Positions 9,801 through 18,626 of a stretch of DNA of 64,000 nt are shown piece by piece. Every line of letters begins with the position of its first letter. The first letter of the stretch is position 1. The position numbers and the translations under genes are program-made. The notes beneath the pieces are model-generated. The model worked only from the letters and a program-made list of their open reading frames with translations. It was not told where the DNA came from and searched no databases. Location of the stretch: the NCBI GenBank assembly GCA_039795455.1, contig JBDKLV010000056.1, positions 355-64,354 of the forward strand, read 5' to 3'. Source of the stretch: Actinomycetota bacterium (GTDB taxonomy: Bacteria; Actinomycetota; Actinomycetes; Actinomycetales; Microbacteriaceae).

Positions 9801-11207
9801 TTATCCGTTTCCATCCGCTTGGTAGCGGACATCCCTAGTAAACAAGTCTGCCTCGGTTTCGGCGCGAAGCACGAGACGTGCCTTGCCTGCCGACACGGCA
9901 ACCATCGCCGGCTTGGTCACCAAGTTGTAGTTGCTCGACAGCGAGTAGCAGTAGGCACCCGTGGCTGCGACGGCAAGCATGTCTCCGCTAGTCACATCGG
10001 CTGGCAGGTAGTCGTAGTTGACGACGATGTCGCCAGACTCGCAGTGCTTGCCGACCACGCGGGCGACGGCTGGTGCTGCGGCAGATGCGCGCGAGGCGAT
10101 GATGGTGTGGTAGTCGGCTTCGTAGAGCGCGGTTCGAGCGTTGTCACTCATGCCGCCGTCGACCGAGACGTACTTGCGCACAGCAGCGGTACCGAATTCG
10201 CTGAGCGCGACATCCTTGATGGTGCCAACCGTGTAAAGGGTGATGCCTGCATTGGCTGCGATTGCGCGGCCAGGCTCGAATGCCAAGACGGGCACCTCGA
10301 TACCAAGTTTGTGACACTCGACCTTGACCGCAACGGCAATGGCTTCGGCGAACTCGGTCGCGCTCGGTGCCGAGTCGCCTGGCTTGTAGGCGACTCCGAA
10401 TCCGCCACCCAGATTGAGTTCGGCAATCGGAGCAATTGCGCTGAGCTCCTTGTGTAGTTTCATGGTTCGGCGCACCGCCTCTATGAAACCGTCGGTTGCA
10501 TAGATCTGTGAGCCGATGTGCGAGTGCAGCCCGATGAATTCAAGATGAGAGTAACTGCGAATCTTGGCTACTAGTTCTGCGGCATCGAGCAGAGAGACCC
10601 CGAACTTTTGGTCGTCGCGCGCGGTTGCCAAGTAATCGTGAGTGCTTGCGTGTACGCCGGTGTTCACACGGAGTCGTACTCGTTGAATCTTGTCTTGCGC
10701 AGCCGCGGCAGCAGCAACTCTTTCGATCTCAACTTCGCTGTCGATAACAATCGCACCGACACCCGCAGAAACCGCGCGAGCGATTTCGCGAGTCGACTTG
10801 TTGTTGCCGTGAAAACCAATGCGCGAAGGCTCGATGCCGCCGGCCATGGCAACTGCGAACTCGCCGCCGGTGGCAACATCGATGTTCAATCCGAGTTCTT
10901 TGATCCAGTGGGCGATTTCGGTGGTGAGCAGAACCTTGCTTGCGTAGTAAACCTTGGCCGAGGTGCCGATAGATTTTGCTGCGTTCTCGAATGCAGCCTT
11001 GACCGTCAGCGCTCGCGAGCGAAAGTCATCTTCGTCAATCACATATAGCGGTGAACCGAATTCGGCCACCAAACTGCGAGCCGCAACTCCGCCAATCTCT
11101 ACCTCGCCAGAAGATGCTCGGTGCAGATTGGTAGGCCAAACTTTTGCGTCGATTGCATTGACGTCGGTTGGCTGCTTTAGCCAATCGGGAATGAACTGTG
11201 TCTGCAC
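9801..11207 (-). CDS. lysA: Diaminopimelate decarboxylase
   Basis: YYASK (PLP lysine), HIGSQI, LNLGGGFG, EPGR, CESGD, TGAY motifs. Confidence 0.95.
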   Translation of the reverse strand: MQTQFIPDWLKQPTDVNAIDAKVWPTNLHRASSGEVEIGGVAARSLVAEFGSPLYVIDEDDFRSRALTVKAAFENAAKSIGTSAKVYYASKVLLTTEIAHWIKELGLNIDVATGGEFAVAMAGGIEPSRIGFHGNNKSTREIARAVSAGVGAIVIDSEVEIERVAAAAAAQDKIQRVRLRVNTGVHASTHDYLATARDDQKFGVSLLDAAELVAKIRSYSHLEFIGLHSHIGSQIYATDGFIEAVRRTMKLHKELSAIAPIAELNLGGGFGVAYKPGDSAPSATEFAEAIAVAVKVECHKLGIEVPVLAFEPGRAIAANAGITLYTVGTIKDVALSEFGTAAVRKYVSVDGGMSDNARTALYEADYHTIIASRASAAAPAVARVVGKHCESGDIVVNYDYLPADVTSGDMLAVAATGAYCYSLSSNYNLVTKPAMVAVSAGKARLVLRAETEADLFTRDVRYQADGNG

Positions 11208-11209
11208 GG

Positions 11210-12868
11210 CTACATCCTCTCTGGGGCGCTGACGCCGAGTAGCGCTAGACCATTGCGAAGCACTACCCCAGCGGCTTCATTGAGCCAGAGTCGGGTGCGG
11301 TGAACAGGTTCCACATCGCCGCCAGATAGCGGAGTGACGCGGCAGTTGTCGTACCAGCGGTGATAAGCCGCCGCTACTTCTTCTAGGTAACGTGCGACTC
11401 GGTGTGGCTCACGCTCGCTGGCAGCGCCGGCTACCACGCGAGGCATCTCGCTTAGCTTGGCAAGCAGCTCGCCTTCGGTGTCGTGCGACAGGAGAGCCGG
11501 GTCGAAGCTCGACATGTCTACGCCCAGGCTGGCGGCGTTGTTAGCAACCTGCTTGGTACGAGCGTGTGCGTACTGAACGTAGAAGACCGGGTTGTCGTTG
11601 GTCTTTTTGGCGAGCAACTCAAGATCGATGTCGAGCGACGAGTTGATCGACGAACGAGTCAGTGCGTAACGGGCGGCATTGACACCGACGTAACCGACCA
11701 GGTCTTCCATGGTGACGACAGTGCCTGCACGCTTCGACATGCGAACCGGCTGGCCATCCTTGACCAGGTTCACCATTTGGCCGATGAGAATCTCGAGGTT
11801 TACGCCAGGCTCATCGCCAAATGCAGCACACATTGCCATCATGCGGCCGATGTAACCGTGGTGATCTGCGCCCAGCATGTAGATACAACGATCAAAACCA
11901 CGGCTGCGCTTGTCGAGGTAATAGGCAAGGTCGCCGGCGATGTAAGCGTGATCGCCATCGGCCTTGATGACGACGCGATCTTTCTCGTCACCGAATTCTG
12001 TAGTGCGCAACCAGGTTGCACCGTCTGCCTCGAACATGTGCCCGAGAGTTGACAGCTTGTCGATTGCCTTCTCGACAGCACCCGATTCGTAGAGCGAGTT
12101 CTCGTGGAAGAACACATCGAAGTCGACACCAAAGTCATGCAGCGATTGCTTGATCTCGTCGAACATTAGGTCGACTCCGGCCTTGCGGAACTTCTCTTGG
12201 GCGACCTCGTCGCTCAGCGCCAAAATGTCTTCTGCCGTTTCGGCAAGTACGCGGTCGGCAATCTCGTTGATGTATGCGCCGGCGTAGCCATCCTCTGGCG
12301 CTGGCTGCTTGCGGGCGGCGGCCAAGAGCGAACGAGCGAAGCGGTCGATCTGGGCACCGTGATCGTTGAAGTAGTACTCGCGAGTAACTTCGGCTCCCTG
12401 CGATTCAAGGATGCGCGCCAGCGAGTCACCCACGGCGGCCCAGCGAGTGCCACCGAGGTGCATCGGGCCGGTTGGGTTAGCCGAGACGAACTCTAGGTTG
12501 GCGCGAATGCCGGCCAGCTCGATCGAGTTGCCGTAACTGCCGCCAACCTCGACGATGGTGCGGGCAAGCTCACCAGCCGATGCGGCGTCGAGGGTGATGT
12601 TGATAAAGCCAGGGCCAGCCACGTCGATCTTGGTGATGCCATCGACCGAAACCAGCGCCGCTGCCAAGGCATCGGCCAGCTCGCGAGGCTTTAGACCGAA
12701 CTTGCCAGCGTGCTGCATGGCCACGTTGGTGGCCCAGTCTCCGTGGTCGCGGCTCTTAGGGCGTTCGACCACGACAGAAGTCGGCAGCTCAGCAGCCGGC
12801 AGCAGACCGTCGGCCACGAGTTTGGCCAGGGTGCGCACGATGGCGTCGCTGAGTGCTTCTGGGGTCAC
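11210..12868 (-). CDS. argS: Arginine--tRNA ligase
   Basis: [14 protein letters not shown] (HIGH-like), [21 protein letters not shown]; ends APERM. Confidence 0.97.
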   Translation of the reverse strand: MTPEALSDAIVRTLAKLVADGLLPAAELPTSVVVERPKSRDHGDWATNVAMQHAGKFGLKPRELADALAAALVSVDGITKIDVAGPGFINITLDAASAGELARTIVEVGGSYGNSIELAGIRANLEFVSANPTGPMHLGGTRWAAVGDSLARILESQGAEVTREYYFNDHGAQIDRFARSLLAAARKQPAPEDGYAGAYINEIADRVLAETAEDILALSDEVAQEKFRKAGVDLMFDEIKQSLHDFGVDFDVFFHENSLYESGAVEKAIDKLSTLGHMFEADGATWLRTTEFGDEKDRVVIKADGDHAYIAGDLAYYLDKRSRGFDRCIYMLGADHHGYIGRMMAMCAAFGDEPGVNLEILIGQMVNLVKDGQPVRMSKRAGTVVTMEDLVGYVGVNAARYALTRSSINSSLDIDLELLAKKTNDNPVFYVQYAHARTKQVANNAASLGVDMSSFDPALLSHDTEGELLAKLSEMPRVVAGAASEREPHRVARYLEEVAAAYHRWYDNCRVTPLSGGDVEPVHRTRLWLNEAAGVVLRNGLALLGVSAPERM

Positions 12869-12919
12869 GGGGAATCCTTGAAAGAGCCGAATTTAGGCTC
12901 AATTCTACTTTCTAATGAG

Positions 12920-12948
12920 AAAGGGCGACAGGTAGCCTGCCGCCCTTT
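12920..12948 (-). terminator. Intrinsic terminator of the sugar ABC operon
   Basis: Minus-strand hairpin aaagggcggcagg-cta-cctgtcgcccttt about 15 nt after the permease stop. Confidence 0.7.
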
Positions 12949-12963
12949 GCTCGAATCTGATTG

Positions 12964-13827
12964 TTACTTGACGGCACCGGCGGTGAGGCCGCGAACGAAG
13001 TAACGCTGCAAGCCGAAGAACACGGCTAGCGGAACGATCAGTGCGATGAACGAACCAGCAGCTACGTCTTGCCACCCCTGACCGTACTGCCCCATCAGGC
13101 GCAGCAACTTGTATGTCATGGTCGCCTTTTGCTCTCCGACGAAGATGAAAGCGATCAGGTAGTCATTCCAGACCCAGAGGAACTGGAAGATTGCAAACGA
13201 TGCAATTGCTGGAATCGACATTGGGAAAACCAAGCGCCAGAAAATCTGGAAGTAGCTAGCGCCGTCGATGCGAGCCGCCTCGATTAGCGATGGTGGCAAG
13301 GTCAGCATGTAATTACGCAAGATGTAAATACACAGCGGCAATGCGAACGCCGAGTGCACGATCCAGGCTGCCGGGTAGTTACCGATTAGCTCGATGCCGA
13401 GGTTTCTCTTTACCCAAACCATGCCCTTGAGCACAGGGATGAGCGAAGCCTGCAATGGCAAGACCATGAGCGCTACAAGCGAAGCGAAGATAACCTCGCG
13501 GCCCTTGAATTGAATAAAGGTAAACGCATACGCAGCATTGGCTGCAATGAGCAGCGGAAGTACGGTTGCCGGAATCGAGATGATTGCAGTGTTCAACAAA
13601 GATGTCAGCATGCCGCTGTCGAGTGCGTTCTGATAAGGCTGCAGAGTCCAAACCTGGCCACCAGGGTTGAAGATTGCATCCCACCAGCCCGAGCTCTCGG
13701 ACAAGTCCTTCGAGCGAATGGAGGTTAGGAACAGACCTATGGTTGGCGCAGACCAGATGCCCACCAAGAAGATGAGCAACAGGGTTGTGCCGAAGCGCTG
13801 TGACTTGAGCCAGTTAAGAATCTTCAC
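12964..13827 (-). CDS. Carbohydrate ABC transporter permease (AglG/MalG-like)
   Basis: EAA loop (LIEAARIDGAS), FLWVWNDY, QRYFVRGLTAGAVK. GTG start overlaps the upstream TAG. Confidence 0.92.
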   Translation of the reverse strand: MKILNWLKSQRFGTTLLLIFLVGIWSAPTIGLFLTSIRSKDLSESSGWWDAIFNPGGQVWTLQPYQNALDSGMLTSLLNTAIISIPATVLPLLIAANAAYAFTFIQFKGREVIFASLVALMVLPLQASLIPVLKGMVWVKRNLGIELIGNYPAAWIVHSAFALPLCIYILRNYMLTLPPSLIEAARIDGASYFQIFWRLVFPMSIPAIASFAIFQFLWVWNDYLIAFIFVGEQKATMTYKLLRLMGQYGQGWQDVAAGSFIALIVPLAVFFGLQRYFVRGLTAGAVK

Positions 13828-14813
13828 TATGCCATCTCCTGCTGGTGACGAACGGTGCGAACCTGCAACCACATCAGTGGCGCGATCAAAATACAAAGCA
13901 CGGTGATAACCGCCGCAGCCGAACCGGCATCGGTGTTCACAAAGTACTGACGGTAGAACTCGAAGCCGAGCACCGAGGTGGTGAAGTTACCGCCCGTCAT
14001 TGCTAGAACGATGTCGAAAATCTTCATGGTTCCGATGATGACGGTAATCAAAACCGAAACGATGGTGCCGCGAATCTGCGGAACGATGACTCTGAAGAAG
14101 ATTGCAAGACCACCTGCTCCATCGAGGCGAGCTGCTTCGATGGTCTCTTCTGGCACGGCCTTGATAGCTGCCGAGAGCAACATCATCGAGAAACCGGCGT
14201 TTAGCCAAATCACGATGATCATCAGCAAGAACGAGTTGAGGCGCCAGGTATCGGTTGCGAGCAGCGGCTGTGCGGTTCCGCCAAGGCCTTCGATGATCGC
14301 GTTGATCAGACCGGTCTTAGGCCGGCCTGGAGGTGGGTAGTAATAGGCAAACTTCCAGATGGTCGCTGCCGATACAAACGAAATCGACATTGGCATAAAG
14401 ATGAGCGACTTGAAAATGCGTTCGCGGTAACGACCGACACCGTTGGTGAGGGTGGCGAAAACCAAACCGCTGACCACCGTGATGACCGGAACGAATGCCA
14501 CCCACAAGAAGTTGTTGAGCAAAATGTCGAGGAAGGTTGGGTCAGTGAACAACTTTGTGTAGTTCTTGAAACCGACCCAGTTGACTGAGGCCTTGTCTTG
14601 GAAAGACTGAATGATCGTGATGATCAACGGCACTAGCGAAACCAAGACGAGCAAGGTCGCTGCCGGAAGCACGAAAGAAAATACGCGGAGCTTCTCCTGC
14701 AACTTTTCCGGCAGGAATCGAGTGAGTCGGTCGAGCAGCCAGAAGATTCCGTAGCTGCCGGCGATGCCAAGGAGGATCGCACCGATACCAAAGAGAATGT
14801 CACTCATGTTCAA
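13827..14813 (-). CDS. Carbohydrate ABC transporter permease (AglF/MalF-like)
   Basis: WVGFKNY, LIFMPMSISFV, EAARLDGAG, KIFDIVLAMTGG motifs. Confidence 0.92.
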   Translation of the reverse strand: MNMSDILFGIGAILLGIAGSYGIFWLLDRLTRFLPEKLQEKLRVFSFVLPAATLLVLVSLVPLIITIIQSFQDKASVNWVGFKNYTKLFTDPTFLDILLNNFLWVAFVPVITVVSGLVFATLTNGVGRYRERIFKSLIFMPMSISFVSAATIWKFAYYYPPPGRPKTGLINAIIEGLGGTAQPLLATDTWRLNSFLLMIIVIWLNAGFSMMLLSAAIKAVPEETIEAARLDGAGGLAIFFRVIVPQIRGTIVSVLITVIIGTMKIFDIVLAMTGGNFTTSVLGFEFYRQYFVNTDAGSAAAVITVLCILIAPLMWLQVRTVRHQQEMA

Positions 14814-14861
14814 ACTCCATCGTTCGCTTGTTTGAAGTGTAAGTGGATAAAGGGGTTAGAG

Positions 14862-14898
14862 AAATCTGGTGGTGGGGCTGAGCCCCACCACCAGATTT
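14862..14898. repeat. Perfect 18-bp inverted repeat between the binding-protein and permease genes
   Basis: aaatctggtggtggggct-g-agccccaccaccagattt; likely an mRNA-stabilising or attenuating stem-loop. Confidence 0.85.
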
Positions 14899-14919
14899 TC
14901 AACTTCTAAGGTTTAGGCC

Positions 14920-16215
14920 TTAGTTAGTTGGGTACTTAGCCTGAATTGCTGCGGCTGCAGTAGCCCAGTCAACCTTGCCCGAGACCCAGTCAGTGCCCGA
15001 TAGCCAGAACTGAGCGTTTACGTCAGCAGGCATGCGGTCTGATCCGTCGAAGCCGAAGACAGCTGCCTTGGCCATGGTCTCACCAACAGTCTTGGTAAGG
15101 CTGTTTGGGTATAGCGAGGTGTCGAAGGTTGCGTGAGGCGATACGAACGACGACTGCGAAGCCATCAAGGTACCGACCTTGTCGCTCAGGATGAAGTCAA
15201 GAACCTTAGCTACGTCTGCATCGTTGTGGAATGCAGCTGCTAGGTCTCCACCACCGAGAACGCCAGCCTGACCGTCAGCAGGAGCAGGAAGTGGGAATAC
15301 GCTCGCGTGAGTGTAGTCACCAGCAGCTAGCTCTGCCTTGATGTTGTCTGGGAAGAAGTCAGTGATGAACGAACCCTGGCGAAGCATGAAGCACTCACCC
15401 TTGGCCTTGCCACCGGTCTCGAATAGAGGCTTGGTGTCACCGAAGTTGTCGGTAGCCATCGACTTGCCGCCACCGTTGACGTTGCCAGCGGTTAGAAGCA
15501 TCGAAGCAACCTTGTCAGCTGCCTTGGTAACTTCTGGGCTGTCGAAGGTTAGCTTGCCCGAGATCCAGTCGTTGTACTTAGCAACGCCGTTGTAGTCAAG
15601 CACGTACTGCTCGATCCAGTCGGTGATTGGCCAACCAGTTGCGCCGCCCGACTCGATACCTGCACAGAATGGGTAACCCGAACCGTCAGCCTTGATCTTC
15701 TCGATCAAAGCGGTTAGCTCGTCGTCAGTGGTAGGAACGGTGTAACCGTGCTTGGTGAACTCTGATGGGTTGTAGAACACAAGAGTCTTGACGTTAGCCG
15801 AAACAGGAAGACCGTAGATCTTTCCGTCCTTCTGAGCCAAGGTGTCCCAACCAGGAACCAAGGTCTTCTGCACTGGAGCGATGTCAGTGACGTCGCTTAG
15901 TGGAAGAAGGTTTGCGCTCTGGTCTAGCAGACCACCTGGCTGAGGCCACATTGCGATGTCTGGCTCCTGGCCAGCAGCAATCTTTGCCTTGATGTCAGTG
16001 TCGAACGACGCGAGCGAGGTGAAGGTCACCTGAATGCCCGAGGTCTTGCTCCAGTTGTCAAGCTCAGCCTGGAATGCCTTTGCCTGTACTTCACCGTAAC
16101 CACCGAAGATGGTTACCTTTCCGTCACCAGCAGGCTTGCCGGCTGCACAGCCGGTTAGCGCTGCGGCCGATACAGCTGCAATAGCTGCAAGGGCGAGGAA
16201 ACGCTTTGCTTTCAT
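14920..16215 (-). CDS. Sugar ABC substrate-binding lipoprotein (AglE/alpha-glucoside-like)
   Basis: Lipobox LTGC after the signal MKAKRFLALAA; CAGIESGGATGWPITDWIE and FDGSDRMP motifs; GAAAGGA RBS. Confidence 0.9.
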   Translation of the reverse strand: MKAKRFLALAAIAAVSAAALTGCAAGKPAGDGKVTIFGGYGEVQAKAFQAELDNWSKTSGIQVTFTSLASFDTDIKAKIAAGQEPDIAMWPQPGGLLDQSANLLPLSDVTDIAPVQKTLVPGWDTLAQKDGKIYGLPVSANVKTLVFYNPSEFTKHGYTVPTTDDELTALIEKIKADGSGYPFCAGIESGGATGWPITDWIEQYVLDYNGVAKYNDWISGKLTFDSPEVTKAADKVASMLLTAGNVNGGGKSMATDNFGDTKPLFETGGKAKGECFMLRQGSFITDFFPDNIKAELAAGDYTHASVFPLPAPADGQAGVLGGGDLAAAFHNDADVAKVLDFILSDKVGTLMASQSSFVSPHATFDTSLYPNSLTKTVGETMAKAAVFGFDGSDRMPADVNAQFWLSGTDWVSGKVDWATAAAAIQAKYPTN

Positions 16216-16318
16216 GAATTTTCCTTTCAGTGGAACGCAACTGACAGATCTGCAGATGCGCGCAATCCAAACTCTAATTTGACCTACCCCTGACAAACCC
16301 TCAGTTTTGGTAACAGTT

Positions 16319-16332
16319 TGGAAACGCTTACA
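16319..16332. promoter_or_regulatory. LacI/GalR-family operator-like palindrome TGGAAACGCTTACA
   Basis: Fits the TGNAANCGNTTNCA consensus; lies upstream of the binding-protein gene and its putative -10 TAGAGT (16271-16276, minus strand). Confidence 0.65.
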
Positions 16333-16394
16333 GAAATTTGCGGGGATACCTAAACAGGCCCAGTCCCCTTATTTTTAGGGGCACTGACTTGGAA

Positions 16395-17339
16395 TTAGCG
16401 GCGAACGAGCCCTCGAACAGGGTCTGCGGTAACCGGAATCGGGTCAGAAAGCTCCCCAACGAACTGACCGTCGACCATATTCACGAAACCGATGAGGTTC
16501 CAGCGACCATCGGCACCCTGGACTAACCTCGATGCGTAGAGTTCTGGAGCGTCGAACCAAACCGAACGCGTGAAGTCGACATCGCTCAAGTCGGCAGCTA
16601 CGGGTAACGAGTAGACCCCTCCCTCACCGCGTGCTTTGCGTTCGGCAGAAATCCATAGATTGCTACAGCAGAACAAAATGATCGGCACGCCATCGACGAT
16701 TTCGAATTGGAAAACTTCGGTTTCGCCGAATCCCTGGCCGGGTGCGCTCAACGGCGGTTGAGCATCCCAGTGAATTAAATCTTTCGAAGTTGCGTGGCCC
16801 ATCACGCCTCCGAAGAGTGGGTCAACAGAATTCGCTCGAGTGGTGATCAGCATGTGCCAGGTGTCGTCGCTGTCGTTGAATTTGAATACCCAAGGATCAC
16901 GAAACGCTTCGTCGTGCCAGTTATTCAAATCGAGCTTCGCGTACCAACGCGCATCGGCACGCAAGATCGCTTCGCTCGAGTGCTTGGTCCAAGTCATCAA
17001 GTCATTTGAGGTTGCGAGGCCGACTGACTGAACGTGACCCATATCTTCGCGCGAGGTGCCGGTGTAGAACATGTACCAAATGTCACCATCGCGCACTATT
17101 GAACCGGTCCAGGTGGTGTAGCTGTCGAACGCAGGCGAATCAGATATTGCTAGTGCGTCGGCGACCACTGTCCAGTTGCGAAGGTCGGTCGAGATTGCGT
17201 GACCAACACTCACATTGCGGTGACGACGATCTGGGTTTTGCAGAGCGCGAGATGCTTGCAAATAAAACGCGTGTACGGTTTCGCCATCGCGAACGAACCA
17301 AGAGTCCCAGACCCACTGACCAGCCAACCTAAGTGCCAT
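16395..17339 (-). CDS. Clan GH-J glycoside hydrolase (GH32/GH68-like beta-fructofuranosidase), cytoplasmic
   Basis: WVWD (nucleophile), WTGS, FRDP and ETE motifs; no signal peptide; 314 aa. Confidence 0.82.
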   Translation of the reverse strand: MALRLAGQWVWDSWFVRDGETVHAFYLQASRALQNPDRRHRNVSVGHAISTDLRNWTVVADALAISDSPAFDSYTTWTGSIVRDGDIWYMFYTGTSREDMGHVQSVGLATSNDLMTWTKHSSEAILRADARWYAKLDLNNWHDEAFRDPWVFKFNDSDDTWHMLITTRANSVDPLFGGVMGHATSKDLIHWDAQPPLSAPGQGFGETEVFQFEIVDGVPIILFCCSNLWISAERKARGEGGVYSLPVAADLSDVDFTRSVWFDAPELYASRLVQGADGRWNLIGFVNMVDGQFVGELSDPIPVTADPVRGLVRR

Positions 17340-17345
17340 GGCAAC

Positions 17346-17355
17346 AGCATAAACT
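17346..17355. promoter_or_regulatory. Overlapping divergent -10 elements (TATGCT minus, TAAACT plus)
   Basis: TATGCT lies 6 nt before the GH start; TAAACT lies 12 nt before tRNA-Arg; the intergenic gap is 28 bp. Confidence 0.6.
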
Positions 17356-17367
17356 TTGACTACCAGA

Positions 17368-17439
17368 GCCCCTATAGCTCAGGGGATAGAGCGCCGCTCT
17401 CCGGAGGCGGGTGCGCAGGTTCGATTCCTGCTAGGGGCG
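17368..17439 (+). tRNA. tRNA-Arg (CCG), CCA not encoded
   Basis: Acceptor stem GCCCCTA/TAGGGGC, D arm, anticodon loop CT-CCG-GA, T loop GTTCGATTC. Confidence 0.95.
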
Positions 17440-17440
17440 C

Positions 17441-18076
17441 GTGATTCATAACGCAGTACTAAACATCGATGTCGCATCGCTAATCGACACCTACGGCCCA
17501 GTCTTCATTTTGATTGTCTGCGGGCTGCTATTTGCCGAGACCGGGCTGCTGTTCGGCTTCTTCTTGCCTGGCGACACCATCCTCTTTCCTACCGGCCTGG
17601 CGCTGGCGACCGGCGGCATCAACTTTCCGCTCTGGGCGGCGCTACTGCTATTTGCCGGTTCGGCTTGGTTGGGCGACCAGACCGGTTATTGGCTTGGTCG
17701 TAAGGTTGGCCCCGCAATCTTTAAGCGTCCAGACTCAAAGTTCTTCAAGCACGAGAACGTTGACCGTGCACACGCATTCTTCGAGCGCTACGGCGCGAAG
17801 GCGATCATCCTTGCTCACTTTGTTCCGGTGATGCGCACGTTCATTCCGATTGCCGCAGGCGTCGGCGAGATGAGCTACAACCGGTATCTGCGCTACAACG
17901 CAGTCGGCGTTTTGCTTTGGAGCAACGGCGTGACCCTGCTCGGTGCAGGGCTCGGCCAGTTTGCGATTTTCAGAGACCACGTCGAAATCGTGACCATTGT
18001 GTTCTTGGTGCTTTCGACCATCCCGTTGATTACCGAGTACGTGAAAGCTAGACGCGAGCGTTCAAAAACTCGATGA
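17441..18076 (+). CDS. dedA: DedA/VTT-domain membrane protein
   Basis: FAETGLLFGFFLPGDTILF, GDQTGYWLGR, FFERYG, FVPVMRTF motifs. Confidence 0.9.
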   Translation: MIHNAVLNIDVASLIDTYGPVFILIVCGLLFAETGLLFGFFLPGDTILFPTGLALATGGINFPLWAALLLFAGSAWLGDQTGYWLGRKVGPAIFKRPDSKFFKHENVDRAHAFFERYGAKAIILAHFVPVMRTFIPIAAGVGEMSYNRYLRYNAVGVLLWSNGVTLLGAGLGQFAIFRDHVEIVTIVFLVLSTIPLITEYVKARRERSKTR

Positions 18077-18626
18077 GTTGAGACAACGCGGATGCACGGT
18101 GACTAAGTGCATTCTTAATCTCTGGCTCTAGCTGCGCTGCAGTAATTTCAAATCCTTCTGGAACAAAAACGGGATCGTAACCGTGGCCGTGTTCACCGGC
18201 TTCTTCGAATGCAATCGAGCCTGGCCAAACGCCGGTGAAACTTTGCTCGCCGTCTTCATCGACGAGCGCAAGGGTGCAGACGAATGCAGCCGCGCGATGC
18301 TCGGGAGCAATGTGCTCGAGTTGCTTCAACAGCAGCCGACGATTAGCGACGTTGTCTTTAGTGCCCGACCAAACCGCAGTGAAGATGCCTGGTGAGCCGC
18401 CAAGAATTTCAACCGCGAGACCGCTGTCGTCGGCGAGTGCCGGAAGGCCGGTGTGCTTGGCCGCCGCTCGCGCCTTGATCAGTGCGTTCTCTAGGTAGCT
18501 GGTGCCATCTTCGATTGGCTCAGGCCCGTCGTAGCCAACCAGCTCAAGCCCGGGCACTGCCGGTTCGAGAATGGCTCGCAGTTCGGCGACCTTTCCGGCG
18601 TTGTGCGTGGCCAGAACAAGTTTCAT
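18048..18626 (-). CDS. rdgB: dITP/XTP pyrophosphatase (HAM1 family)
   Basis: ATHNAGK, ENALIKA, ADDSGL, GYDPVF, KNALSHR motifs. Confidence 0.95.
   Translation of the reverse strand: MKLVLATHNAGKVAELRAILEPAVPGLELVGYDGPEPIEDGTSYLENALIKARAAAKHTGLPALADDSGLAVEILGGSPGIFTAVWSGTKDNVANRRLLLKQLEHIAPEHRAAAFVCTLALVDEDGEQSFTGVWPGSIAFEEAGEHGHGYDPVFVPEGFEITAAQLEPEIKNALSHRASALSQLIEFLNARV

Noticed and set aside
16361-16388. Hairpin cagtcccct...aggggcactg downstream of the GH gene as a terminator
   Set aside because: The stem is imperfect and has no adjacent U-tract, so support is too weak to list.
12964-17439. tRNA-targeted genomic island
   Set aside because: The cassette lies on the 5' side of the tRNA, and I found no integrase or duplicated tRNA 3' end.
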